A DNA stretch of 63,908 bases, the filler included, from Reticulomyxa filosa (lineage: Eukaryota; Protista; Foraminifera), in the NCBI GenBank assembly GCA_000512085.1. It is 21 parts of 21 records of this genome, joined end to end, with 100 filler letters (N's around TTAATTAATTAA, not from the genome) between each part and the next. Parts side by side here need not be neighbours in the genome. Positions count along the whole stretch, not along the records: positions 50,018 to 52,196 come from ASPP01021425.1; positions 52,297 to 53,403 come from ASPP01011184.1; positions 53,504 to 57,091 come from ASPP01003040.1; positions 57,192 to 58,666 come from ASPP01024341.1; positions 58,767 to 62,670 come from ASPP01007843.1; positions 62,771 to 63,908 come from ASPP01010703.1; 15 more parts are not named here. One strand, 5' to 3'. This document shows positions 51,926 to 63,908 of this stretch, one piece after another. The position numbers and the translations under genes were made by a program. Under the pieces are notes generated by a model. It ran no database searches. It had not been told where the DNA came from and saw nothing but the letters and a program-made list of their open reading frames with translations. Position 1 is the first letter of the stretch. Every line of letters begins with the position of its first letter.

Positions 51926-52369
51926 CAAACGGGTTACACAAATGCAACAGTATGTGATTTAGCTTATCAAACGCGCCGGCAACATTCTAACTACATTAAG
52001 ATAAAAAAGAAAGTTGACACCTAAAATGCCACCTTATATAGATGATTGTGTTTCTCCATGAAAAAACAACATTTAATCAAAAATTTTTTTTTAAAAAAAA
52101 ATATATACGAATCGTGTAGTTTTTAAATACCATTTTGGTTTTTTAATAAATTTTTACAATTTTTTAAAAAATTTTAATCTTTCATTTGATTTGGTANNNN
52201 NNNNNNNNNNNNNNNNNNNNNNNNNNNNNNNNNNNNNNNNTTAATTAATTAANNNNNNNNNNNNNNNNNNNNNNNNNNNNNNNNNNNNNNNNNNNNCGCC
52301 ATTGTAGGGGTTTTCCGCTTCGCAACAAAGCGGCAACCTGCATGACATGCACGCGATACGGCCGGCCCA

Positions 52370-52396
52370 AAGCAAAACCCCCGCCGGGGCGGGGGC
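52370..52396 (-). terminator. Rho-independent terminator downstream of terC
   Basis: CCCCCGC-4nt loop-GCGGGGG followed by TTTTGCTTT on the minus strand, just after the TAA. Confidence 0.8.
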
Positions 52397-52402
52397 TCGG
52401 GC

Positions 52403-53374
52403 TTAGCCGGCTTTCTTGGGGAACATCAGCGAAGCGATGACCGAGGCGGTAATCACGCTGAACACCACGCCCAGCGAGACCGCTACCGGGATGTGGTACA
52501 CCTTGAGCAGCAGCAGCTTCATGCCGATGAACGACAGCACGATGGCCAGGCCGTAGCGCAGCAGGTGGAAGCGGTCGGCCACGTCGGCCAGCAGGAAGAA
52601 CATCGCCCGCAGGCCCAGGATGGCAAAGATGTTGGACGTCAGCACGATGAACGGGTCCATGGTGACGGCGAAGATGGCCGGAATGGCTATCTACGGCAAA
52701 TACCACGTCCGACAGCTCGACGAACACCAGTACCACAAACATCGGGGTAGCGTAGCGCAGGCCGTTCTTCACCACGAAGAAAGCTTCACCGTGGTACTCG
52801 TCGGTCATGCGCAGGTGCTTGCGCAGGAACTTCAGCAGGCCGTTGTTGGCCAGGTCCTGCTCTTCGTCCTTTTCCGGCAGCATCATCTTCAGGCCGGTAA
52901 ACAGCAGGAAGGCGCCGAACACGTACAGGATCCAGTCAAACTCTTTTACCAGCGCCGCGCCCAGGAACACCATGATGGTACGCAGGATGATGGCACCGAA
53001 TACGCCGTACAGCAGCACGCGCCGTTGGTATTCCGCCGGCACCTTGAAGAAGGCAAAAATCATCAGGAACACGAAGATGTTGTCTACCGCCAGCGATTTT
53101 CAATCACGTAGCCGGTAAAGAACTCCAGTGCTTTCTGGTTGGCAACGGCTTCGCCGTAGGCCGGGTCGGTGGCCAGGTACCACCACAGCCAGCCGCCGAA
53201 GGCACACGCCACGGCAACCCAGATGGCCGACCAGGTGGCGGCCTCCTTGATGGAGACTTTGTGCGAACCGCTCTGCTTGAGCGCCACCATATCGATGACG
53301 ATCATGATCAGCACGGCCACGAAGAACACCGTGTAAAAGAAAGGCGATCCGATCGAGGGGAGGGCCTGTTCCAT
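52403..53374 (-). CDS. terC: Bacterial TerC/Alx-family membrane protein; two single-base frameshifts at about 53098 and 52686
   Basis: EFFTGYVIE[K][30 protein letters not shown][I][28 protein letters not shown]; GC-rich codons; AAGGAG upstream of ATG. Confidence 0.95.
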
Positions 53375-53581
53375 TGTCTTGAATACTCCTTGAGTGAAGG
53401 CAGNNNNNNNNNNNNNNNNNNNNNNNNNNNNNNNNNNNNNNNNNNNNTTAATTAATTAANNNNNNNNNNNNNNNNNNNNNNNNNNNNNNNNNNNNNNNNN
53501 NNNTATATATACATATATGTATATGTACGCATATAATAATGTATGTATGTATACGTAGGTACGTATACGCAAATATATTAA

Positions 53582-54108
53582 CCATAGGCCCGGCAATAGC
53601 GTTCACTATTTGACCAATGTGCAAAAAAATGATAGTGTGCCAAAAGTTATTTTCAATAGTATAATTGATACCAAACCAGCTGTGAACAAACGGTTCGCTC
53701 AATATGGTTGGAATTGTTCGAATTAATGACCCTAAAAACACTAATGTCATCCCGATTTTCATTGTGTATTTCAATCCTTTGTATGGAATTGACAATATAT
53801 ATGCCGAAACGGGCGCACTTGGAATGAACATTATGGGACCCCTTTTTAAAAAAAAAAAAAAAAAAATTGGAAACGTGTTAATACAATTTCCAACGACTGG
53901 CACTTATAACCTACCAATTCAAAAGTAAATCTATTGTTGGATTCACTGCGTCACTACTAGACGACTTCCATTTGTAATAGGTTTCAATCTTGTCTGGAAC
54001 GGTGCTAAAAGTAAACCAAATCAAACATTGTATTCCATTCAGCAAGCAGAAGGCCAGTAAAATGTAGTATCTCTTCTTCTCCGGCGCCCCAACAACAATA
54101 TCATCCAT
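53582..54108 (-). CDS. MFS transporter of SLC49 (FLVCR/DIRC2) type; first exons, 3' truncated
   Basis: KRYYILLAFCLLNGIQCLIWFTFS...IDLLLNW|GPIMF...LGSLIR...LHIGQIVNAIAGP. Confidence 0.85.
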
Positions 54109-54471
54109 TTGTCATTAGGGTTTTTTTTAGAGAAAAGAGCCGGGCGTTTGTTCACTTTCACAAAGGTAATTTCTGCGACCTGCAACAACTAGCTCAATAC
54201 ATTGACGTGCAGTTTTTTGTTCCATTGACCAAATAATGAACATCTTGCAAAGAAAAATTCTACTTCGATTTGTGCCAAGCTTATGGATTAGTTCTTGCAA
54301 CAAGTAGGTCACACCTTTATTTTTCTTACAAAAAAGATATTCATTCAACTTTTAAATTTATTTTATTTAAAGATGTATTGTCACGTAAAATACCTTTTTG
54401 TTTTTTTTTCAAAAGAGTCATGTCACATTCCCCTTTTAAATTACTTAAAAAAATTCAGCAATATTAATAAC

Positions 54472-56673
54472 ATGGCTAATCGAAATACGTCTTCTGCAAG
54501 AAAAACCGAACAAGCTGAGCAAGATCAAAATATTATTACTTCAACTCCCTTTCAAATTTGAAGGAGTTGCCCATTCCACTTTCTCAAGTTCAATGTGTGC
54601 CGTACAAACACGAAATTCTTATTTGTGGAGGTAAAGACGAAAGAGCTTGTTATTCTTATGATACACTCAAAAACGAATACAAATTTATATGTGAGTATCC
54701 AAGTGACGTCAAATTAGATGGACACTGTGTAGTGAAACTGGTAGACAACAACAGTCAAATTACTTTATTGTCTTTTGGCGGATCTGGATATACAAATAAA
54801 CATACGTTGGTGATGAAATATGTAAGTGTTTGGAGTGGTGAAAATAAAGAAATAGAGAAATCAAAAATTTACAATGAATGGGTTCCTTTCACAGACAATC
54901 ACAATAATTCAGTTATCATTGGAAGTAATTATGATAATTATACTGGAGTGCGTGCAGTGATTGGTGGAAGCAATAATCATTTGTTATTTATCACTTGTTT
55001 TCCATGTTCTATTAGTGTGTTTGATTTGAATACATTTAAATTTATTAAACATGATACTTTACCAACTGATAATTGGATAAAATTCCATTGCTTTGTATTA
55101 AAGTCAGAAAATGGACAAATGATAAAAACAAATGAACAAAATTATCAAATGCTGTTATTTTGTTCCAAGGCAGGGTTATCAATTGAATATAATGAAGATA
55201 AAAACACTTTTAATTTTCATAAACTACCTGTTTGTGATAATATTGCATCATTAAATGAATATGCATATGTGTGTATCAACGATGCTGTCTTGTTTTTTGG
55301 TGGACATAATCGTGGCAAAAAAATTATTTCAAAGGCATTGCACAAATATTCAATACAAGAAAGTGCATGGGTTATATTAAAAAATACTTTTTCTATTCCA
55401 TTATATAATTGTTTTGGGATATTGAATGAATCCAATACTCATATGCACATCATTGGAGGAAATACTAGCAAAGACAGCGTAGTATCAACTCACACGAAGA
55501 TAGATGTGAATGAATGGAGGGATACTTCAAATTTGGTAATATGTTTTTCAAATTTTTAATACTTTAATTTTTTTTTAAAGTAAATATAAATACATTTTAT
55601 TTGTGTAAAATAATCAACAGTTAAAAAATGAAATAATAATTGCCATTCAATATTGGGTTCGAATTTTGAAGATAAGATTAGGATGGATCAATGATTTTAA
55701 CAGAATTATTATTAAATATGTTAAGTAATGCATATATATATATATGCATATGAATGAACTATTATCATATATGTTACATTTTTTTAAATAGATTAGAGGT
55801 TTTGAACTATTAATGACTTTACAAGCACATAGCAATGCAGTGAGTAGTATAAGATTTTCTGCAGATGGTTGCAAGATTCTTTCAGCGTCATATGACAAAA
55901 CTATTCGGATATGGGATGTTTCATCAAGAAAACAACTTCAAATTTTCATTGGACATACTGATATGATCTTTTCTGCGAAATTTTCGCCGGATGAACTTAC
56001 TATTGTCTCTTGTTCGAAAGATACAACCATTCGATTATGGGATGCCAATACAGGAATTGAATTAATGCAATTCAAAAACGATTTCGATCAAATATGGGAT
56101 GTAGATTTTTCTCCAGATGGAAATTATATTGCATCGTGTTCACGAAATCGTATAATAAAATTATGGGATGTGCATTCTGGAATAGAAATAAATCGATTAT
56201 CGGGACATTTAAGAAGTATATGGAGCATACAATTTTCACCAGATGGTAAAATAATTGCATCATCATCAGATGATGACACAATTTGTCTGTGGAATGCGAA
56301 ATCTGGTGAAAGAGTAAGACTATTCAAAGGACATGCTAGTGTTGTAACACGTGCAAGATTTTCTCCAAATGGTAGATTTATTGCATCTTGTTCATTTGAT
56401 ACTTCAATCCGAATATGGGATATTGAGACAGGAAAAGAATGGAAAATATTGAGAGGACACACAAATAAAGTGAATGATATAAAATATCTACAAGACAGTC
56501 AAACAATTGTATCGTGCTCAAATGATAATACAATTCAATTGTGGAATGTAGAATCAGGAAAAAAATTGGAAAAAGTGACAGTATGTTCTAACCCCATGTG
56601 TATAGATGTTTCTCAAGATGGTAGTACAATTGCAGTAGGTTCTAGTGATTATACAATTCAAATTTGGAGATAG
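54472..56673 (+). CDS. Kelch-like + motif + WD40 double-propeller protein; exons 54472-55535, 55621-55719, 55792-56673; -1 frameshift near 54557
   Basis: Both introns GT-AG, phase 0; middle exon LKNEIIIAIQYWVRILKIRLGWINDFNRIIIKY; about 7 WD40 repeats. Confidence 0.9.
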
Positions 56674-57191
56674 TTACGATTCAGATAAATAATAAAATTT
56701 TTTTTTAACTTTTGTTCATTTTGAATATAAGTTTTTGTCTTAATTTCCTGAAATATTTGGATAAAGACTTTTTTTGTTATGAACTGCTAAACTCAAAAAA
56801 TTTCGTCTACATATATGTTTATTCTCAAATATGGATAGCCACTTCATATTCATCGGACATCAAATAAAATTTGATGGGTGAGATTTAAGTCAATAATATA
56901 CATAGTTTGCTTTTTTCTAAAGATACAAAGAACAAACTGCTGTTGAACATACAACAATAAATATTGCTTACAATGCTTTGTTTCTGTAGTTTATTTTATT
57001 TTCCAATTCAAGTGTCTAATGTGTGGTCGGCACTTCATCACCGAGGAGACACTACAGTAGATTGCAAAAAAAACTGCCATACCTAAATGGCNNNNNNNNN
57101 NNNNNNNNNNNNNNNNNNNNNNNNNNNNNNNNNNNTTAATTAATTAANNNNNNNNNNNNNNNNNNNNNNNNNNNNNNNNNNNNNNNNNNNN

Positions 57192-58592
57192 CCACTCATA
57201 TCCCAAGCGCACCAATACACATTGCCACTCGAATGCAATTGTTCAAATGGTAAGTCGATTTCTTTTGTTCCTATTCATTCATTCATTTATATACACATAT
57301 ATACATATATATATAATTTTTTTTTTTTTGGATTAAAAAAAAACAAACAAACCTTTGATATCTGGTTGCAAAAGAAATCCTCCTCGTTGTGGCTGTCTAT
57401 TGGTAAGCAAGAAGATATAATGAACATGCTTTGATTCATTGAAAACAATCATTTCGGCGGGGACCACAATATCCTGCGTCGGCAAAGATTTGTAAATGTC
57501 TTGATTGAGCTCACAAATGGTTTGTATGCGCAAGGAGTAGTCATTAGGCGTTGGAGTCAATGGCATCCACACACAATGGCAAGTCTGGGATTTTCCAGAG
57601 GCTTTGTTAGGGGGTAGTTATCGCTAAACTCAATTTCGTATCGAACTAATCCAACACCTTTGTACGGCGAATTCCAACACATATATTTCAATGGCTTGGA
57701 ATTGTTACTGTAATGAAAGAATTGGACTTGATTGGGTTGCGAGGGTTCAAATACATCTCCTTGCATAAGTGCAGGAGGCGTTTTAAATATCACCGGCCAA
57801 CTCTCTTCCGTCTCTTCATTGGTACTGCGTTGCAATCCACTTATAGTGATCATATACTCTTGTTCGCTCTCTTTCAGGTCCATGCTTCTCCAACCGGGCT
57901 CATTCTGCACTCGTGCAATCACTTCACCTTTGTGGTGATTGTATTCGCGAATGACATAGTCAATAGTTGTCTCGGTCGTCTTTTCGTCGACCGATGGAAA
58001 TACTGCAGGCATCCATCCTAAGCGGACTTGCGTGGGGAAAAAGCTAGTGACATGGGGGAATAAGGGTCGCAATGGCAAGCGCTGCTGACCGAGTGAGTCT
58101 TTAAAATCTTTATACGTCTTTGCACGTATGATCGATGTCCATGAGGACTCCAATTTCTTATCGACTTGTTGGAGGTTGTTGATACTTGGCCACTCGAAGC
58201 ACGTTCGCACGCGTAATTCGTAAGACGTGTCTTTCGATAGTCCCTTCACGATCACATAATTCCTGTCATTTGATATTTTCAAATACTTATTATTATTATT
58301 ATTATCTCCCACTTTTTCTTCGTTACTCGGTTTCAGGTCCTCCGCATTGTCGCCACTCACTTGTCGTGGCGAATTCACTACCGTGGTCGGAGGGGATGGC
58401 AAGCAGGTCGTCACACACACATTAAACCACCACATTGTTTGCGAGGTCACTTTCTGCAATTGCAACTCTTCTTCATTATACTTCTTCAACTTGTTCTCTA
58501 TGACCTTTAATGAGTCATTCGTCATCTTCCAACAAAACACTAGTTGTTCCGTCTCCACTCCAATCACTTTTGTTTCCACGGGTGTAAACTCC
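57192..58592 (-). CDS. Fibronectin type III repeat protein, internal exons
   Basis: LVFCW...VIVKGLSKDTSYELRVR...SSW; VRLGWMP...YVIRE; PTPNDYSLRIQT. Confidence 0.7.
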
Positions 58593-58782
58593 CCTTTTTT
58601 TTTTTTTTTTTTTTTTTGTTTGTTTGTTTGTTTAGAATTCAAATGTCTGTTACTTCAATCACATAANNNNNNNNNNNNNNNNNNNNNNNNNNNNNNNNNN
58701 NNNNNNNNNNTTAATTAATTAANNNNNNNNNNNNNNNNNNNNNNNNNNNNNNNNNNNNNNNNNNNNAAAAAAAAAAAAAAAG

Positions 58783-61165
58783 GACATTCGTGATGTATGT
58801 GCAAACACCAACCATTCATTGATACTGACCAATAATGGCCATGTTTATGCGTGTGGCAGCAATTTTTCAGGATTTCTAGGGTTTCCATTAGAGGGCGAAA
58901 AAGTGTTCAAGATAAGTCAGGTCCCGCTACACTTGAATGAACATGAGAAGATTGCGGATATCAGCAGTGGCTGCTGCCATCACGGTGCGCTGAGCAACGA
59001 GGGACGAGTGTTTTTATGGGGAAGCAACAAGTTTGGACAATGCAATTGGGACACACAGGTACTTCGAGTGCCCGATTTGAGGACCACACACAACTCGGCC
59101 TTGGACGGTAATATTGTTCCTATCATCAGCACTTTGTCGGCCAATCATGTGCGGGCCGTAAGAGATTATATTCGAAAAGAGCGAATTACGCAAATTCGCG
59201 AGGAGCGAGAAGGAAAAACGGGTGGACAAAAAAAAAATCAATTCCGCCGCTGAAAACTATCGACAAAAAAACGGGCAAGTATTTTAGCTACACAAAAGAG
59301 CGCGATCGCATTCGTGAGGTTGAAAATGCCATTGCCGATGAATTGAACAAACAACCGCCTAACTGCTGAAGAAGCTTTTTATGAAGAATTGGAAAAAAAA
59401 GAAAACTTTGGAAATGAAGTGATGTGGAGCAAAATCAGTTGTGGCAGTTATCATACTTTATTTTTGACATCCGATGGCAAAGTTTACAGGTTAGCCAAAC
59501 AACGTCCAATTAAATTTCATATATGTGTTATGTATACATATATATACATATATATATATATTTTTTTTTTTTTTATTGAATATTTTCCCCCTTTTTTTTT
59601 TTTTTTTTTTGCGAACAACGTATACTCTACATAATGTTACAGAAAATAAAAACATTGCATGATAAACTCCTTCTTAATACACTTTTTGAATAGCTGCGGT
59701 GCCAATATGCTCTCTCAACTCGGCACTTTTGATGTGAGCAGCAATGAGTGGATGTTGGTTCCAGTTCGCCTGGAAAACAGGATTTACGATGTATGTGCCG
59801 GCGCAGATCAGTCATTTGCGATCGAAGGAGTATCCACTTCCAGATTGGGACAGACTTTATGGACGGCTTACAAAGAATGGACAAAAAAGTGCGCCAACGA
59901 ATTCGACATGGTGATCGAACTGTTGGATGGCAGCTTGCATTATGTAAATCGTTGCACATTGATCTCTCGTATCCCTGCGTTTGAGGCCATTGTCGACAGG
60001 GCCTCAAAGAGCAAAGGCAAAAAAAAGAGTAAAGACACAAAGCCCAATGAAGAAGAGTCCAAAGGGCTCGACGACGAAGAGGAAAATGTGGGTGGGTTGG
60101 ATGAAGATGATGACGATGATAACAATGACGATGATATCGAAGAGAAAACTGAATCTATGGATTCAAGTGCGACCAAACAAGTCGCAAAATCGCTTAAAAA
60201 GATTAAACTGCGGTTTGCAGGTTTCGAATTTACCGACGAAGAATATTTGTGGGCTTCCAAAATCACAAAGCCCTTGTTCGAACGACTGCTCGAATACATC
60301 TACAGTGGCAGTGTCCAAAACTTCACAATGTGGGATAAAAACAATGCGTCTGTGGTGTTGCAAGTGGCTGAAATGCTGAAATTGACACGTTTGCAAGTCA
60401 TTTATGGTGCCAAAATTTCTAATGTCAAAGAGAACTTAGGTTGTTTTTTTTTTTTTTTGTTTTGTAAATCTTCTCTATTCTCTCCTTTCTCTCTCTCTTC
60501 TGACCATTTTAATGTATACGTAAACATTGAACATAATAGGCCAACAATTGCTGAGCTTCTTTCATAAACAAAAATATGGCGATATTGTCTTCCAATTTGA
60601 CAGTGACAATACCAGTATTAGTGCCCATAAATTCGTGTTGACCAGCCGTAGTGAATACTATAAAACTATGTTATTAAGTGGCTTGATGCACGAAAGTAGA
60701 ACTGGACAAATTTTTATTCCAAAAGACATTACGTCAACGGTGTTTAAGGCATTCTTGCATTACTTATATTGCGATGAGCTGTTGGCACCTTTAGAGCTAC
60801 ATGAATTAGTCATGCTCTGGGGACTGTGCCATCAATACAGAGAGCAGTATTTGTTTGATATGGTCGAATCCACCATTATCAAATGTGTCGATTCCAAAAC
60901 TATCTATAACTGCTTGAAAGCGGCTCATTTTTATGGTGCGAGCAAGTTAATGAAGTTTTGCATAAACACCATTTTAACTGAATTTTGGGATCCAAAATGG
61001 GATAAGTTAGACTCTTACGAGAAAAGCTCGGATTGTCCGCTTGGAACGTTACCTCTGGAACTACAAGAAGAACTCAAACAACGAAGAGAGCAAGAAATCA
61101 TTGACAAAACTGGTGGGTTCCGAACTGTCAAGAAAAAATTAAAAGATTTATTTAAAAGACGCTGA
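58783..61165 (+). CDS. RCC1-repeat plus two BTB domains (IBTK/RCBTB-like); multi-exon, 5' truncated, frameshifts near 59235 and 59365
   Basis: VYACGSNFSGFLG, ISSGCCH..ALSNEGRVFLWGSNKFGQ, ISCGSYHTLFL; FERLLEYIYSG; DIVFQF...AHKFVLTSRSEYYKTML...FKAFLHYLYCD. Confidence 0.88.
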
Positions 61166-62885
61166 TTCCCTTGTTTGTATGACTTACAATTATGTATATT
61201 TTCTTTGGTAATGGTTGCGTTTTACTTGGTGTCATCTTCATCCGTACATTGTTCGGTGAGTGTAAAAACAAAGAACTTTTTTTTGATTTTTACTGACTCG
61301 TTTCAGTTTTAAGGTTGTGTTTGTGCATGAAAAAACTTCAATATCATTAAATATTTACAATCAATGAAATAGCATCAAGTCTACGATGTTAAGAATCGCA
61401 AAAGGACACTTAGTAAAGTCGGCTTTTTTTAACAACTGGTAAAAGAGACCCAAAACTTATCAAATATTCAAAAGTTACACCAATTCTCTATTGATTTTGA
61501 AATACAGAAAAATAGTAAGCAATAAATTATATGCATCAATAAATGCAAGGCCATACGTTTCGAGTTATGATTTATTATTTGTCAACTCCCTTAATACATC
61601 CACACTTTACCAATGCGTAAATCTACTTTATCACTCACCCATTCTTTTTTCCCGCTTCGTAGCAGTGTTGACACAAAGTGCTGCTTTTTTAACCTAAAAC
61701 TACGCTCCCACTATTTTTTGCTAGCATTTAAGCTGGCTCTGCAACTTTTTTTTAGGATCGTAGTATGTTTATGTGAATCGATATAACATTGTCATAATGA
61801 GCCATATGTACGGCACAAAAATTATCATCAAAGTAAAAATTTATGTACATTTCATCGCGTAGTCACATCGAATGATTATTTGGCGACATATTTTGCAAAC
61901 GGAAGAAACTGCATTTAACATTCATTATTAAAATAAATCGAACACATTTATTATCAATTTCTTTGAAGCCTTTATAAGTTTTGGAAATTTAGACTTATAA
62001 AATGATAAAAATAGACTCGTTCTGTTAAATTAAGATAAAATTGAAAATATGTTCGATTAGTGAATGCATCACGACGATAAAATGCTCCGATTTGAATAGT
62101 GTATATATTTGCTTTTGTAATAAGTGCTTGTTCAAATGCTATTCAATTTATACATCTTCATATGAAACTTTCAATTGTTTCGAGAGTAAGTTCATCAATT
62201 CTGAGTGATTAAGAATATGTGGTGATTATTCATTCAACGCATTTGATTTACTATCACTTTTATTTTGTTTGTACTTCAACGCATTGTATATTTCTTTGAA
62301 TTGGATGGCATTGCAATAATTTAAAATCTGTAACAAATTTCTATCACAAGAAGAAAGACATGATCTATTATTATAACTGCAATACAAATATTTCACAATT
62401 TCTTTGCAATCACTATCTCTAATTTGGTTAAACTTGTAAGATATCCTTTCAAATGTTCATTATTTTGATCAATATTTAAACCATTCAATTAAAAATATGC
62501 AACTAAATATGGTTGCATCGATCACTTTCATTCTTTAGATGATGCGCACTCAATGAAACTTTTCATTAATGAATTATTCACTACCACCAAATAAATTTTG
62601 ATGTTTTAAATAAAATTAAACGAAAACAATAACATTTATGACAAATCACCAAATTCAACAAATTTAAAAANNNNNNNNNNNNNNNNNNNNNNNNNNNNNN
62701 NNNNNNNNNNNNNNTTAATTAATTAANNNNNNNNNNNNNNNNNNNNNNNNNNNNNNNNNNNNNNNNNNNNCCCTTACCTAACGAATAATACACACACACA
62801 CACACACACAACAAATTGTCTAAAAAATGTGTATGCAATGTGATGTAACGTAAATGATTCGAAATGAAAGACAACAGGCGGAGAA

Positions 62886-63819
62886 ATGCCGTATTACGGT
62901 GTTTATGGGAGTGACGAGGCGTCACTAGTGAAGAGTATGAGCCCGACAGGCGAGACAAAGATGAGTAGTAAGCCGTTGTCAAACCCGCAACAGACGCAGA
63001 ACTTTGTTCCCGTGTACTACGGAATCACATCCATCCCCACCCCCACCTCTGCCTCCTCTTCCTCCTCTTCCTCCTCTTCCTCCTATCCCGTCTCAGTCGC
63101 ATGATGCGACGGACCACAAGCAACGGCACAGTCCGACCCATAGTCACAGTCACAGTCGCAGTCATAGCAATAGCTACAGCAATAGTCATAGTCACAGTCA
63201 CAGTCGAAGTGGCAGTGACAGCGATAGTCAAGACAGGGACTTGGAAAGGGAACGAGATGTCAAAGGGACTGAAAGTCAGGCAACGATGACGTCGAAAGAC
63301 AGACAAAGATCGTCTCGAAAAAGGGGGTCACTCCACAAAGACAAAGATAGAGACAAAGATAGAGACAGAGATGGACATAGACACCGACATAAAGAAAAAG
63401 ATCGAGAACGCAAGCACTCGGATCATCATCATCATCATCATCATCACCACAAGGGCAAGCACAAACATAAACATCATCACAAACACCGAGACGAAAACGG
63501 CTCGCAAAGACACAAGCGAAAAGACAAAGACAAAGATAAAAATAAAGATAAAGAGAATGATAAGGACAAGAACAAGGATAATAAAGAGAAGAGGTTATTG
63601 ACGTTGGAAGAGTTGACGAAAGAAGAGGTGAAATCACAAGAAGAAGTAAAAAAAAAGAGAAGAAAAAGAAGAAGAAGAAGAAGAAAATTTAAAAGCATTG
63701 CCTGCGTCAATGGCAGATTTCGAGAGCCGTGCCAACACAATGAGGCGTGCGCCCGTCACCGCGATATCGAGAGCAAAGCTGCAAAATCTGGATTCAAATG
63801 GCAGCAAGCGTGGACATAG
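62886..63819 (+). CDS. Low-complexity His/Ser/Lys/Arg-rich hypothetical protein; start and frame uncertain
   Basis: (HS)n, poly-H, (DK/DR)n and poly-R/K tracts in a 271-aa ORF. Confidence 0.5.
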
Positions 63820-63832
63820 GCCAAGGCTTACC

Positions 63833-63860
63833 AATAGTAATAGCAATAATAATAGTAACA

Positions 63861-63908
<48 letters not shown>
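63833..63908 (+). repeat. (AAT)n microsatellite
   Basis: Direct inspection. Confidence 0.9.

Noticed and set aside
52403-53374. Horizontal transfer of terC into the host
   Set aside because: No host flanks or introns; bacterial signals and composition are intact
11811-59370. Recurrent single-base frameshifts (about 11812, 16307, 20480, 31203, 35077, 54557, 59235) as programmed frameshifting or RNA editing
   Set aside because: Nearly all are homopolymer length changes, and the bacterial contig shows the same defect (53098, 52686), pointing to sequencing error; reads are needed to separate these from true pseudogenes
61700-62670. Coding-like AT-rich stretch on the minus strand
   Set aside because: Multiple stops and no recognisable motif; cannot support a call
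63833-63908. Terminal (AAT)n as a telomere
   Set aside because: The same repeat occurs internally (e.g. near 6285 and 58285) and the window edge is arbitrary

Overview
This is not one locus. It is 21 unrelated short contigs joined by an artificial 100-nt spacer (N44-TTAATTAATTAA-N44). Twenty contigs are AT-rich eukaryotic nuclear DNA using the standard code, with short GT-AG introns that often carry (TA)n/(TACA)n. Their expanded WD40, Kelch-like and PUB families suggest a foraminiferan such as Reticulomyxa filosa (inference from recall, no search run). One contig (52297-53403) is GC-rich bacterial DNA carrying a TerC/Alx gene. Recognisable genes: an AMT1/MTA1-type MT-A70 DNA adenine methyltransferase, U6 snRNA, an Rh-type ammonium channel, TRAPPC2, PGM3 (last exon), MATE and SLC49-type transporters, RCC1-BTB, FN3, PH, PDZ, DENND4-like and SecA-like helicase fragments. 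There are also Tc1 and Penelope-like remnants and orphan gene fragments (SMC4, PKA-like kinase, Ulp1). The most striking unexplained pattern is a ~33-aa motif (I-I-x-x-W-x-R-x-L-x-I-x-L-G-W-I-D-D-F-N-x-I-I-x-x-Y) seen 7 times. It is usually its own phase-0 exon and sits C-terminal to Kelch propellers, N-terminal to WD40 propellers, or between the two. Most single-base frameshifts fall in homopolymers and look like sequencing errors.
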